Below, one piece after another: positions 12,423 through 24,125 of a DNA stretch of 64,000 nucleotides. The notes beneath the pieces were generated by a model. It saw only the letters and a program-made list of their open reading frames with translations. It did not search any database and had not been told where the DNA came from. Both the position numbers and the translations under genes were made by a program. Source of the DNA: an uncultured Chloroflexia bacterium (lineage in GTDB: Bacteria > Chloroflexota > Anaerolineae > CG2-30-64-16); assembly GCA_963810095.1 (NCBI GenBank), contig CAWEMM010000012.1, forward strand, positions 640,001-704,000, in the 5' to 3' direction. Within the stretch, counting starts at the first letter, position 1, and every line of letters starts with the position of its first letter.

Positions 12423-15400
12423 ATGGACATGTCCCGTATTTCGCAAGGCACGCACGCGCGGTCCTTCCGGCGCTTGCTCAGTCTCGTCTTCATTTTGGCG
12501 CTGGTCCTCGCAAGCTTCGGCAGCGTGGCCGCCCAGCCCGCCGTTCAAGCCGAGCCGCCGGCCGTGCTCCCCGACCCGTACGACCTCTGGTCCGGCCAGA
12601 TCCTCGACTTCGTCCCGCCCACCACGAGCGGCATCAACCTCATCCAGCCCGACGGAACGTCCGTCGCAGCACGCCTTACCCCTGCCGAAACCGGCGCGCG
12701 TCTCGAGACGACGGCGGGCTACACCCTTCTCCAGGACGCCGAACATTGGTGGACCTACGCCACCACCGACGCGAACGGCGCTCTCGTTGCGTCCGGCCTG
12801 CGCGCCGGCATCGATGCGCCCGAAGGGCTTGCTCAGAAGCTCGGCCAGACCGAGTCGATCTGGCTGGACGCGGAGGGCAACGACACCCGTACGCCCGTGT
12901 TCGAGGCCGTCAAGGAGGCCCAGTCGCCCAACGCGTCTGCGTTTACCCAGGGGGACCTCGCCGTCAAGCATTACAAGTACCTGATGATCCTGGCCGAGTT
13001 CCAGGATGTGAAGCTTCAACCCGGGTCCACGCCTCAGTTTATCCAGGACCAGATTTCCGGCCTCGGCACCAGCCCCACCGGCACGGTAACTGACCTCTAC
13101 TACGAAATGTCCTACGGCCAGTTCGAGCCGGAGTTCGACGTCATCGGCCCGCTGACCTTGCCCTACGACATGGTCAAATACGATTACCAACTTCCCGGCG
13201 GGCGCAGCGTCACCAGCATGATCACCGACCTCGGCCCCCAACTCCAGGCGATGGGTATCGACTGGGAACAGTACGACAACGATAAGGTTGTCTACACCTC
13301 GGGCGGCGTGCAGTACCGCTCGGTCGACATGACCGTCGTGCTCCATGCCGGCCCCGGCAAGGAGGCCACCGGCCAGGACGGCCAGGTGTGGTCGCACGCG
13401 TCGACAGCCAATTACCGCACCGGCTTCTACGGCGCGGACGGCAAGGAAATCCGCATCCGCGGCTGCAACACCGTGCCCGAGATCGGCTTCAACATCGGCG
13501 TCGTCGCGCACGAGATGGGCCACACTATTGGCGAGTCCGATTACTACGACACCAGCTACCGCTCCATGGGCACCGGCGACTGGGATCTCATGGCCGGCGG
13601 CTCCTGGATGGGCAACACGCCCGCCGGGTCCAACCCCTCGGTCATGAACCCGCTGAGCCGCATCAACCAGGGCTGGCTGCAGCCGGAGGTCGTTACGGCC
13701 ACCCGCCTGGGCGTCGAGCTCAAGCCCCGCACGGTGGCGGGCAACGTGATCAAGATCCCGCTCGGCGGCACGGCCACCAGCGGCTCGACCAACGTGCAGG
13801 AGGACCTCTACGTCGAAATGGTCTCCAACCGCGTTGCGGGGACGATCTTCGACAAGGCCGAGTACGGCACGGGCCTGCTGATCTGGCACTACGACCGAGG
13901 CGGCAGCCAGACGAAGCCGAGCAGTGCGCCGGCGCGCTACCGCATGGGCGTGCTCGAGTACGACTTCCGTGACGGCACGCAGGAACTGCCCACGAACCAG
14001 AACCGCGGCGAGCCGACCGATCCGTGGTCAGACACCGCCCTCGGCATCACCCCGTATACGGCCCCGAACACCAGTCGCAACACGCCGCTCGTGGCCGGCG
14101 GTGCCAAGGAAACGGGTTGGTACCTGATGAACATCTCGCCGGTGGGCGACACGATGACGTTCGACATCGTGCAGCAGGCCGACGTGCAAGCAAAGGTCGG
14201 CGTGGACCGGCCGAGCCTGGTCAGCCAGCCCGCCATCCTGGGCGCGGCGCCGTGCAGATCAGCACGAAGGTCTACAACCTGACGGCCGCGCCGCTGGCCG
14301 ACGTAAGCGTCGAGTTCTGGGCGACGATGGGCGCCGACAAGGTGAAGCTGGCCGAGACCGTGCTGGCGACGCTGGCGCCCGGTGCGCCGGCGGTGGCCAC
14401 TGCGACGTGGGACGCGCCGGTGGCGGGCAAGCTCAACATCGAGGCCGTCGTCACCGCAGGCGACGCATCGGCGAGTGCGCCGGGCGTCGTGCGGGTGTTT
14501 GCCCGCAATGCGCCGGTGCTGCTCGTGGACGACGACGACGGCTACACGGCGGAAGAGGCATTCGAGGGCGCACTGGTGTCGCTCGGCGTTCCCTACGTGG
14601 TCGTCGAGAAGACCGCACCGCTCGCCCTGATGCAGCAGTACGACCTGGTGGTCTGGTCGGCCGGCCAGGCGGGCCGCCTCGAGGGTCAGCTCAACAAGAC
14701 CGAGATCGCGGACCTGAAGGCGCTGCTCAATGCCGGCGGCAAGGTGTGGTTCTCGAGCCCACGGCTGGCCGGCGCGCTGGACGCCAGCTCGCCCGGTCCG
14801 GTGGACGCGGCCTTCCTGAACGACTATCTGGGCGCGACGTACCCGATGTCGAACCAGGCGGGCGGCGGCTTGATTACCGGCACCGGCCAGTACATCGGCG
14901 GCACCGGCTCCTACCAGTTGCGCGCGTTCCCCGGCCGCTCGATCGAGGACTTCCTCGATCCGGCCGTGAGCCCCATCGCCTCGAGCACGATGCTCTTTAC
15001 CTGGGATGCGGGGCATCACCTGGGCACCGAGGTAATCGGGGATGCAGCCCACAACAACTTCCACGTCGTCTACTTCGGCTTCAATATGTCGCAGGTGGTT
15101 GCGCCCGAGGACCGCATGCTGCTGACTCAGCAGGTGCTGGACCGCATGGGCATCGCTAATGCGTACTTCGAGAAGACGACCTACTTTGTACCTACGACCG
15201 GCTCGGTCCGCCTGCTCGTGCACGACATGGTGACCCCGCTGACGCAGGTGCGGGTGACCAGCCAGGCCCAGCCGGGCGGCGTGTTGGTTAATGTCCGGCC
15301 GACCGCATACCCCGGCACCTACACCGGCGTGTTGACCGTGCGTGTGAACGGCATGACGCGCGGCACCCTGAAGGTGAACCCGGTCGACGAGATTCGGGTC

Positions 15401-15796
15401 ACGTACGTGGACGCGGCGGGTGGCGAAATCTGGGGCACGGCGGCCACGGTGCAGCGCCCGGCCGACGAGCTGCCCGCGACCATCTACCACGACGTGATCG
15501 ACAACGCGTTCGATGCGAAGGCGCTGCCGGTCATGGTCATCGCGACCGACGACATCCGCGTCGAAAACGTGGTCCTGTACTACCGCTACGCGGGAACGGG
15601 CGCATGGCAGAAGGCCCCGATGGGGGAAACCTACCGCTTCGCGTTCACGGCGACCATCCCGGCGTCCTCCGTGACGCCGGCGGGCGTGGAGTACTACGTC
15701 ACTGCCACCGACATCCGCGGCCACGTCACCAGCGTGGGCTCGGCCGCCGCACCGAAATTCGTCGTCGTCCAGCCCCGCACCGTCGGGCTGGAGTAG
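12423..15796 (+). CDS. Secreted M6 (immune inhibitor A-like) metalloprotease with C-terminal accessory domains (frameshift near 14255)
   Basis: Signal peptide; HAGPGKE, VVAHEMGHTIGESDYYD zinc motif, WDLMAGGSW, GLLIWH; second ORF has LLVDDD and Ig-like segments. Confidence 0.88.
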
Positions 15797-15807
15797 GACG
15801 CGACTGG

Positions 15808-15904
15808 GAATGGAACACAGATTGGATTGATTGAACTGATTTGCCTGATGTTCTCCTATAAGATCAGGTAAATCGGCCAGATCAGTCCAATCAGCGTCCC
15901 ATTC
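15808..15904. repeat. Family A palindromic intergenic repeat, copy 1
   Basis: gaatggaacacagattgg...ccaatcagcgtcccattc between convergent genes. Confidence 0.85.
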
Positions 15905-17348
15905 TTACCGTACTAATGTAAACGCAAACGCGCCGGCGTGGGCCGACGTTTTGGACTGGAGCCCGGACTGGGCGACGCTGCGGACGCCGTAGAAGACGGG
16001 CGCACCGGGCGCGGCCAGGACTCCATCCAGCACGTTGGTCCCGCCGGTCGTGGTCACCGGCACCGCACCGGCATCCCAGGGCCGGAAGTACGGCTGGGTG
16101 CCCCGCCACACCTGGTAACTCGCCACCGCCACCGTCTCGCCTCCCTCGTCCTTCGTCACCGCGCCCCAGCTCAGGCGGTTTCCACCCGCCTCCAGCCCGA
16201 TAGTCACGGTGGGACTTTGCGGCAGCCTCGGCGTCCGCGAGCACGTTGCGGTTCTGGTCCACCGCCCACATCCGGCCCTGGATGGCAGCCATGCCCCATG
16301 GCAGCGACGGGGTTGCGCCCACCTTTGGCAGCGCATAGCGTATGACCCCGGCCTGCCCCGTTCCCGCAGTCCATGTCACGGCGCCGAAACTCAGCGTCCC
16401 CGTCTGCACGGTCACGCCGGCCTGCACCGTGCCCGCACCGAGCGTTGGGCAGGTGCCTGGCGCGACGTTCGAGGTCGATACGCCGAGCGTTTGGCTGGAG
16501 CCGCCCGCCAGCGCAGGGTCGACGAAGCCGGCGTACCCCCCGCCATCCGTGTACCACATGACCTCGGTTCCCGCGGCGAGCATGACCGGCTGCGAGCCTG
16601 CGGGCAAGGTTACGATGACGGCCTGGTTGGCGGCCGGCGTCAATCGTCCGATAATGCCTGCGCCAGAGTCGGCCCACCACACCCGGCCGTCGGAGTCCAG
16701 CGCCAGCCCTTCCGGCGTCTGCCAGCCGGCCGGCAGCGTCCACGCCGACAGTTGGTTGTTCGACGCGTCGAAGCGCAGCAGGCGGCCGGTCTGTTGGTCG
16801 GTCAGCCACAGCTGATTGCCCCGGCTGATCAAGTAGTTGCCCCCGCCGCCGACCGTGAACGGGCACAGGCTGCGGTCGGAGGGGGTGAAACGGATCAGCT
16901 GCGTCTTATTGGGCTGGCTGAACCAGATGCGCCCGGACCCGTCGAAGGCAAAGCCGCCGGGATTAAGGCCCTTGGACGCGAGATCCCAGTACTCAGCCTG
17001 AAGCGGCCCGAACGTCAGCTTGCCGAAGGCCGTGCCGAAGTCGCTCCACCACACCTCGCCGGCCGGTCCGGGTTTGGCATCGCCCGGTTGGATGAGAAAG
17101 CCCGCGCCGGTGGAGAATACGTAGCGCGAGTACTGTCCGCCGGCCGCGTCGACTTTGAGGATCGCCGGCGCGGTGTAATCGCTGGCGTAGAGGTAACCGG
17201 ACGAGTCCGGGTTAAGCTCGACGAGCGAGCTGCCGCTGATTCCGGCGGCGGCTTCTCCCACCGTAATGTCGGCTTGCACCGGCGGGTGGGAGAGCAGCAC
17301 CAGCCCGACTGCACAGAGAAACGCGAGTAGATGACGAAGCGAGTGCAT
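15905..17348 (-). CDS. Secreted Vgb-lyase-like beta-propeller protein (frameshift near 16230)
   Basis: Signal peptide; repeated P.GL..D.DGRVWW / G.IWF blades. Confidence 0.75.
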
Positions 17349-17512
17349 GAGTGGCTCCTGGCAGAGAATAGGCTCGCGAAGGTTACACGGCGAGAGCGTG
17401 GCGACCGAAGATGTGGGTCCGATGATACCCTGTTCTCGGGTTGGGGTCAACGGCGCGCCGGCGGTGGATTGCGGGCAGGTGTGGCGGAATGCACACACGG
17501 CTGCGCGACGTA

Positions 17513-17541
17513 TTGAAGAACTGCGCCAAGTGTGGTAGACT
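17513..17541 (+). promoter_or_regulatory. Probable tRNA promoter
   Basis: TTGAAG-17 nt-TAGACT with extended TG, 15 nt before the tRNA. Confidence 0.55.
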
Positions 17542-17556
17542 CACTTCTGAAGTGAA

Positions 17557-17929
17557 GGGCCCCTAGCTCAGCGGTTAGAGCGGCCGGCTCGTGACGGACA
17601 AGTCTATCCGTCAAGGGCTGCCCGGCGGGTAACTGCCGGGTGACACCCTGCCAAATTCGGGGAAGCCTACGCCACAGACGGCATGGTAATCCCGAGCCAA
17701 GCCCCGCGTAAGCGGGGAAGGTGTAGAGACTAGACGGCGGGCGCCCGACGGGGGAGCAGCATGCTCGACCTGCGAAGGTCGGTCCCCACAGGGTGAAGGG
17801 ATAGTCCAGCCCACAAACCCGTCTCCGGTGCAGACTGGCGCAGCCGGTGTGGCCGGGGGTCGCGGGGCGGCGAAAGCCGCAGTGGGAGGCATAACCGGTT
17901 GGTCCTCGGTTCGAATCCGGGGGGGCCCA
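17557..17929 (+). tRNA. tRNA(CAU), probably Ile2; exons 17557-17589 and 17890-17929; CCA not encoded
   Basis: Spliced form folds as a cloverleaf: GGGCCCC/GGGGCCC acceptor, GCCGG-CT CAT AA-CCGGT anticodon arm, GGTTCGAATCC T arm. G1-C72 is paired and there is no GGG/CCC anticodon stem, so it is not initiator Met. Confidence 0.9.
17590..17889 (+). ncRNA. Group I self-splicing intron (IC3/Azoarcus-like), 300 nt, no ORF
   Basis: Exon ends in U and intron ends in G; core elements AAATTCGGGGAA, AATCCCGAGCCAAG, GAAGGTGTAGAGACTAGACGG, GGTGAAGGGATAGTCCAG; IGS GGCUG pairs with exon CGGCU with a U-G wobble; GAAA-capped P9 hairpin. Confidence 0.92.
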
Positions 17930-18016
17930 CTTCTTTGAGGTTCTACGTGCGGAGCGAGCGGCTTCTTGATAACCAGGAAGCCGCTCGCTGACATTTAAGA
18001 CACTAGCCGTCGACCG

Positions 18017-18331
18017 TCAGTTGCCCGCCTGACGATCCTTGAAGGCGGCGTAGGCGCTCGGCCGGGTGATGACCAGCGACGCGACCTTGATCGAGGTCCG
18101 GCAACTCGCCTGGGCGGCCGGCTCGTCGCCCAACAGCCGTGCTGTCTGCGCATCCTTGAAGGCGACATAGCGTTGGGACGCGGGAGCCGACAGATGTGAC
18201 GGGGCCCGGCTGGCGGCCACACACGCGCCTGCATTTGAAGCCGGGGCGGCGCTCGCCACCCCGGTCACGAGGGTCAGCACCAACATCGCGACGGAAACGA
18301 TCGATCCGGTGAACAAACGGCTGCGCTTCAT
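18017..18331 (-). CDS. Small secreted hypothetical protein (two Cys)
   Basis: Signal peptide MKRSRLF...VASA; GGAGGGGAG RBS. Confidence 0.6.
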   Translation of the reverse strand: MKRSRLFTGSIVSVAMLVLTLVTGVASAAPASNAGACVAASRAPSHLSAPASQRYVAFKDAQTARLLGDEPAAQASCRTSIKVASLVITRPSAYAAFKDRQAGN

Positions 18332-18469
18332 CTTGTTTCTCCCCTCCGACTGTCTGGGTGGTCTGGTCGTCCAACCCGACTACGGCTGCATCATAGCAGG
18401 GAGGACTCACGCAGTCATTGGGGGAAACACCTAGATTATTGTCCTTGGGGTACGCAAACTTTCCGGACG

Positions 18470-21171
18470 TTAGCTCGCCCCCATCTGGATCAGCCCCCTG
18501 GCGATGGCCCAAGTCGCAATTTGCGTCCGGGAGGTGAGCTCCAGCTTGGAGAGGATGTTGCCGATGTGGGCCTCGACTGTCCGCTCGCTGACTACAAGGA
18601 CCTCCGCAATGCGGCGGTTGGACTTGCCCTGCGCCACCAGCGCGGCCACCTCGCGCTCACGGGCGGTCAGGCCGCCCCATTGCGCCTTAGGCGTGCGGGG
18701 CGGCGCCGGTGCTCGGGCTCCAGCGGGAGGCTTTGGGCCCCGGCTGGCCCCCGGCTGCGGCTCATCCGGCATGGCTGCGATGGCATCGAGGGGCTCCTGG
18801 GCGCGCCCCAAAGCCCACTCCGCAGCGAGTGTGGCCGGATCGAGCGCCGCATTCACCGCCTTGAGCGCGCGCTCGTAGTCTGGCAGGTAGATCCATGCCC
18901 GTTGGACGCCCGTTCTCTCCAGCCTGGCTTCGGCGACCCCCATTAGCTGAGCGGCCCGCCTCGGTTCGCCTCGGATGCAGCTCATTTCTGCCAGTCCCGT
19001 GAGACAGGCGACGACACCTGGGTTGTCATCCAGGTCGGAATACTCCCTCGCTGCGCGACCGAACAGCCTGGCGGCCTCCTGAGTCTCGCCGCGCGCCAGG
19101 GCCAAACACCCAGCCTCGGCCATCTGATTGGTCGTTCGCTGGCCGATCTTGCCGAACAGGGCGATTGCTTCGTCCTGGTAGGCTTGCGCGTGGTTCAGAT
19201 CGCCTTCGAGCCTCATCACGTGGCCGAGCTCAGCTCGTGTGAAGGCAATCCCCGGCGAGAAACCAAGCTTCTCGTCAGCGGCAAGAGCCTCCTCATATAG
19301 TCGCCGCGCCAAGGCATAATCGCGTTCGCAAAAGGCAACCCGCGCAGCCGTGGCGAGTATCCGGGCCGCGCCCCAAATATCGCCCTTCGTCCGAAATATC
19401 GCCAGGCCCTGGTCAAGCAAACTGCGAGCCGTGCCCCAATCCTCGTTCATCATCGCGGTCGTGCCTAACTCCCGCAGCACGTACGCGACGCCGAGCAGAT
19501 TGTCGGTCTGACGGCACAGCGCAAGGCTCTCCTCCAGCAACGGTCGCGCTGCGCCGCCGTAGCCGTATGAAGACTGCATGTTGCCCGCAAGGCGCAAAGA
19601 CTCGGCCAGCACCGACCGGCTCTCTAATCCCAGGGCTCGACCGATCGAGATGCTCTCATTGCAAGCGGCCCATGCCCGAGCCATATCGTCGAACATCCAG
19701 GCAAACCTGGCCTCGTTCGCCAGCGCGCACGCGTGTTCCGGACTGGGCTTCTGAGCGAGGGACAGCCCGAGCACCTTCTGCAACCACATGCGACCCTCAT
19801 TGAGATGGCTGCGAATGCGCCAGAAGGGTTCGAGAAGATTGACCAGTCGCAAGGCATCGTGTGCAGCACGGGCGCCAATCGCTTCGTCAGTGGCGCCCTC
19901 GGCCTGGCCGATCACCCAACTTAACGCCTCTCGGAAGTTGTCATGCTCCGCGTCCAGCCGGTCGAGCCAGCCGATTGCGTTGACCCCGTGCAGCTCCGGC
20001 TCAGCCTGCTCGGCCACCCGCAGATAGAAGGCAACATGGCGGTTATACAGGCTTCCTGCCTCACCGGCTTCGCGGAGGCGTTCGCCCGCATACTGCCGGA
20101 TCGTTTCGAGCAGGAGATAGCGGGTCTCCTGGCTGCGTTGATGAACAACGCTCAAGACCACCGATTTATCCACCAGGCGCGAAACGAGGTCCAGGATCGC
20201 GCTTCCGCTGAGTGAGTCGTCACCACAGACGGCTTCGACGGCTGCCAGGTTGCTGCCGCCGGCGAAAACCGCAAGTCGGCGGAAGAGGATCTGCTCGCCC
20301 GCCGAGAGCAGCGCGTGACTCCAGTCGATTACTGACGCGAGCGTCTGGTGTCGGGCGGCGCGCTGCGCAGGTTCGTGCGAAGGAGACCGAGACTGTCAGC
20401 TAATCGGCCGGCCATTTGCTCGGCCGTCAGCACGCCAACCCGCGCAGCAGCCAGCTCGATGGCGAGCGGCATGCCGTCCAGGTGCCGGCAGATCTGCGCG
20501 ATCGGCTGCGCGTTGCCGGGCTGCAGCGCAAAACCGGGGGCTGCGGCCTGAGCCCGCTCGACAAACAAACGCACCGCCTCGGACTGCGCGACGTCGGCCA
20601 TGTCCGCAGCAGCGGACACGTCTGCAGCAGGCGACTCGACCGGGGGCAGCGAGAGCGACGGCACGCGCCAGGCGACTTCACCCGGAACGCCGAGAGGCTC
20701 GCGACTGGTCGCCACGATCCGCAGGTCCAGGCAGCACCGGTGGAGCAGTTGTTCGACCAACTGCGCGCAAGCGGCGACAAGATGTTCGCAGTTGTCAAGG
20801 ACCAGCAGGAGATCGCGCCCTTCCAGGAAGGCGACAAGGGTATCGATCAGCGAGCCGGTTCGGTCAACGATACCCAGAGCTTCCGCGACCACCGCGGGCA
20901 CGAGCGCTTCGTCTGTGAGGGGGGCAAGCTCGACCACCCACGTCCCGTCTTCGAACTCGGGGAGGACCCGCCGAGCGAGTTCGAGCGCGAGTCGCGTCTT
21001 GCCTGCGCCACCGGAGCCGGTCAGCGTCACCAGGCGGCTCGTTAGCACGAGGGGTTCAAGCTGCGCGAGTTCACGCTCGCGGCCGACGAGGCTCGTTAGC
21101 GCGAGCGGCAGGTTGGTCGGGGTATGGGGCAATACGAACGTTGTTTGTGCGTTGGTTGTGACTTGGCGCAT
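18470..21171 (-). CDS. ATPase (STAND/NB-ARC-like)-TPR-LuxR HTH transcriptional regulator (frameshifts near 20230-20340)
   Basis: LVGRERE, Walker A GSGGAGKT, LLVLDNCEH, LDGMPLAIELAAAR; C-terminal LTAREREVA...SNRRIA...TVEAHIGNILSKL. Confidence 0.9.
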
Positions 21172-21428
21172 GGTGACGATTATGACTCAAAAGGACGCCT
21201 TGTCAAGTAGTAGCGCAAGTTGCCCGCTTGCGCACGCGCCCTAACACCTGCGATCCAGGAGCCGGCCTGGTTGGTCCTCGCTTCGAATCCACGGGGCCCA
21301 CTTTTCTACCGCCGCAACGCCTCGCGCAATTCGTATCGCTCCGCCGGCACTTTCTGCCCTGTCCCTGTCGTTAATAACGTAGTTGTGGGTGGTGATGTTA
21401 TCGCTAGCGTGAAGTGGAGTGTAGAGGC

Positions 21429-22313
21429 ATGGGAGTACGAGCGGAGACACGAGGGACGCCGCAGGACGTAGCGCAGGATGTTAAGGACGCGGCCGGCCAA
21501 GTCACGGCCAGCCCCGCCGTCGAGGCGCTGCTGCGGCTGGGTTATGTGGTGCGCGGCCTGTTGTACGGGGTCATCGGCCTGCTGGCGCTCAAGGTGGCCA
21601 CCGGCGGACGGGGCCAGTTTACCGACACGCAGGGGGCCATCGCGACGGTGTCTCGGACGCCGTGGGGCGACATCCTGCTCTGGGTGATCCTGGCCGGATT
21701 GATCGGCTACGGGCTGCTGGGCTTGATCCGTGCGATCTTCGATCCGCTTCGGAAGGGCACAGACGCGAAGGGGATCGTCGAACGGCTGGGTTACGCCGTC
21801 AGCGGCATTTCGTATCTGCTGCTCGGTTATGCGACCTGGAACCTGATGCGGGGCGCCGCGGCCGCCGTCAAGAACGGCGCGCAGGGCCAGCAGATTCAGC
21901 ACACTGCCGGGACCGTGCTGTCGAAGCCGTGGGGGCCGTGGGCCGTCGGACTGGCGGGTGTGGTAGTGGTGGGCATCGGCATCGCCCAGATTGCGAAGGC
22001 CGCGGGCCGCAACTTCGATCAGCAGTTCCAAGCCTTTCAGTTGAGCCCGGAACATCGCAAGTGGATCGACCGGCTTGGCCGCTTCGGCACGGCCGCACGC
22101 GGGGTCGTCTTTGCGCTGATCGGCGTGTTCTTGTTCCAGGCGGCCTACTTCCACGACCCGAAGCGGGCCCAGGGGATGGACGGCGTGCTCGCATCGCTGC
22201 TGCACCAACCCTACGGCCCTTATCTGTTGGCCGTCGTCGCACTGGGGCTGATCGCGTTCGCGATCTATTCGATCCTCAGTGCGGTGTGGCTGCGGCTCCC
22301 GCGGCCGGCCTAA
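21429..22313 (+). CDS. DUF1206 membrane protein
   Basis: Three repeats of RLGY.RG...PWG/PYG hydrophobic units. Confidence 0.85.
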   Translation: MGVRAETRGTPQDVAQDVKDAAGQVTASPAVEALLRLGYVVRGLLYGVIGLLALKVATGGRGQFTDTQGAIATVSRTPWGDILLWVILAGLIGYGLLGLIRAIFDPLRKGTDAKGIVERLGYAVSGISYLLLGYATWNLMRGAAAAVKNGAQGQQIQHTAGTVLSKPWGPWAVGLAGVVVVGIGIAQIAKAAGRNFDQQFQAFQLSPEHRKWIDRLGRFGTAARGVVFALIGVFLFQAAYFHDPKRAQGMDGVLASLLHQPYGPYLLAVVALGLIAFAIYSILSAVWLRLPRPA

Positions 22314-22314
22314 A

Positions 22315-23095
22315 ATGTTGAACGAAGCGAAAGAAGAACCTGGCGGCCTTGTCCCCGCCCGGACAGGTGCGCTCGAGGGCCGGGTGGACGGGGGTCTCCG
22401 CTCGCCCGGTCTCTTGGGACAATGGCCGCTGCTGGGGTTGATGCTGGTTCTGCTGGGGCTTGGCGGGTTCGCGTTCTTCGCCTACAACGTGCAGACGAAG
22501 GGTCCCGCTGGTTCCGAACGACCTTATCGTTGCGAACACCCTCCATCGTGCCGCGCTGGCAAGCCCGGGCTGGCTGCGCGAACTGATGGTATCGGGGTAT
22601 TACCTGGGGCAGCACGTGATCGTGGCCATCGGGATCGTGCTGGCAGCCTACTTCGTCTACCGGCGCTTCTGGCCCGAGCTGGCCATGGTATTGATCGCGT
22701 GGGCGGGCGAGGGCTCGCTGTGGCTGCTGCTGTCGAGCCACTTCAACCGGGCGCGGCCCGTCTTTCCCGAGGCCGTCTACCACACCATGACGGCCCCCAG
22801 CTTCCCCAGCGGGCATACACTGAGCGCAGTCATGTGCTACGGCCTGCTGGCCTACTTGATCGTCCCAAGGGTCCGACCGTTGTGGGGGAAGGTGGCCGTC
22901 GTCGCGCTGGCCGCCCTGATCGTGCTGTTCATCGGCTTCAGCCGCATCTTCATCGGCGACCACTGGCTGACCGACGTCCTGGCCGGGCTCGCGCTCGGCA
23001 TTGCCTGGGCGAGCCTGGTCTACACGGCCGTGGAGTTGGTGGCTAGGACGAGGGCGAATAAGCGCCAGCGGGGCGCGCTGCCGGATAATGCGTGA
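22315..23095 (+). CDS. PAP2-family phosphatase (frameshift near 22500)
   Basis: RARP, SFPSGH, SRIFIGDHWLTDVLAG. Confidence 0.85.
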
Positions 23096-23196
23096 TGAAA
23101 TAGGACACTGATTGAACGGATCGGACTGATGATCACGATCTTTACCCAAAAGACAGTGCAAATCAGTTCAATCAGTTCAATCTGCGTCCCATTTCA
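23096..23196. repeat. Family A palindromic repeat, copy 2
   Basis: tgaaataggacactgattgaac...gttcaatctgcgtcccatttca. Confidence 0.85.
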
Positions 23197-23209
23197 GATT
23201 CACTGTGCT

Positions 23210-24061
23210 TCAGCTTTTTAGCACTTTGTACACAGCCGACACTTCTTCCCTGCCGTACCCCGCCGCCATCGCTTTTTGAAACAGCGCCGAAGTGAACGCC
23301 GGGAACTCGGCATTAACGCCACAGTCCCGCGCGTGCTCGGCGATCAGCCGGATGCCTCCCGCCCAAAGCTCCAGCGGCGCCGAGGTCTCCTGATAATTGC
23401 CGGTGCGGATGCTCTCACACAACCACTGTTCGTATCCCTTGCCCTGCGCGCCCAGAAGTGCGCTGAACTGCTCCAGCGGGATCCCTTCGGCCTGGCAAAT
23501 CTGAATGCTGTGAAACAGGCTCAGAAACCGGCCGTAGTAGTGCATGATCATCGCCAGGTCCCACGCCGCAGCCAGCCCGATGCCCTCGCCTTTGAAGTCG
23601 AGCTTGTCGGCCAAGGCCCGCAAGGCCGGCTCGGCCTTGTGAAACACAGCCTCTTTGCCCGAGAGCAAAATGTGGGCGTCGGGTGTCCCAATCGAATCGG
23701 GCCCGCCCGTGATGGCCGCCTCGAGGTACTCTGCCCCCTGCTGCTCGGCCCACGCCTCGCCCACACGGGCCTGCTGGGGCGTGCCCGTGCTCAGTTGCAC
23801 CAGCACTTTCCCCGCGAGGCTCGCTGCTGCGTCGCTCAGGATGCGGTCTGACACGGCATAGTTGGTGACGCAAATCAGGGTGACCGGGCTGGCCGCAATC
23901 GCCGCGGAGGCATCCGGCGCAAGCTGGGCGCCCTTTGCGGCCAGCGGCCCGGCTTTCTCGGGGCTGCGGTTCCAAACGGTGAGCCCGAACCCGCGCTCCA
24001 CCAGCGCCCGGGCCAGCGCAGCGCCCATGTTTCCCAGTCCAATCATCGAGACGTCGGACAT
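23210..24061 (-). CDS. NADPH-dependent imine-reductase-like oxidoreductase (beta-HAD fold)
   Basis: IGLGNMG, VWNRSPEKA, QLSTGTP; AAWDLAM where beta-hydroxyacid dehydrogenases have a catalytic Lys. Confidence 0.75.
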   Translation of the reverse strand: MSDVSMIGLGNMGAALARALVERGFGLTVWNRSPEKAGPLAAKGAQLAPDASAAIAASPVTLICVTNYAVSDRILSDAAASLAGKVLVQLSTGTPQQARVGEAWAEQQGAEYLEAAITGGPDSIGTPDAHILLSGKEAVFHKAEPALRALADKLDFKGEGIGLAAAWDLAMIMHYYGRFLSLFHSIQICQAEGIPLEQFSALLGAQGKGYEQWLCESIRTGNYQETSAPLELWAGGIRLIAEHARDCGVNAEFPAFTSALFQKAMAAGYGREEVSAVYKVLKS

Positions 24062-24125
24062 GATTTCACCTCCAGGAAGTCGTCTGTTGGTTGCTTTGCG
24101 GCCAGAGCCGCCCGGGGAGTCCGGT

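Larger units (their letters stand above)
17930..21303. mobile_element. Integrase-less genomic islet at the tRNA 3' end
   Basis: 21269-21303 (ggttggtcctcgcttcgaatccacggggcccactt) is a degenerate direct repeat of 17897-17932. Confidence 0.65.

Noticed and set aside
17611-17994. Minus-strand ORFs over the intron as a homing endonuclease
   Set aside because: They are short, antisense to the tRNA and lack LAGLIDADG, HNH or GIY-YIG motifs.
21262-21303. A second tRNA gene
   Set aside because: Only a T-arm/acceptor 3' fragment with a broken T stem and no 5' half; treated as an att-like remnant.
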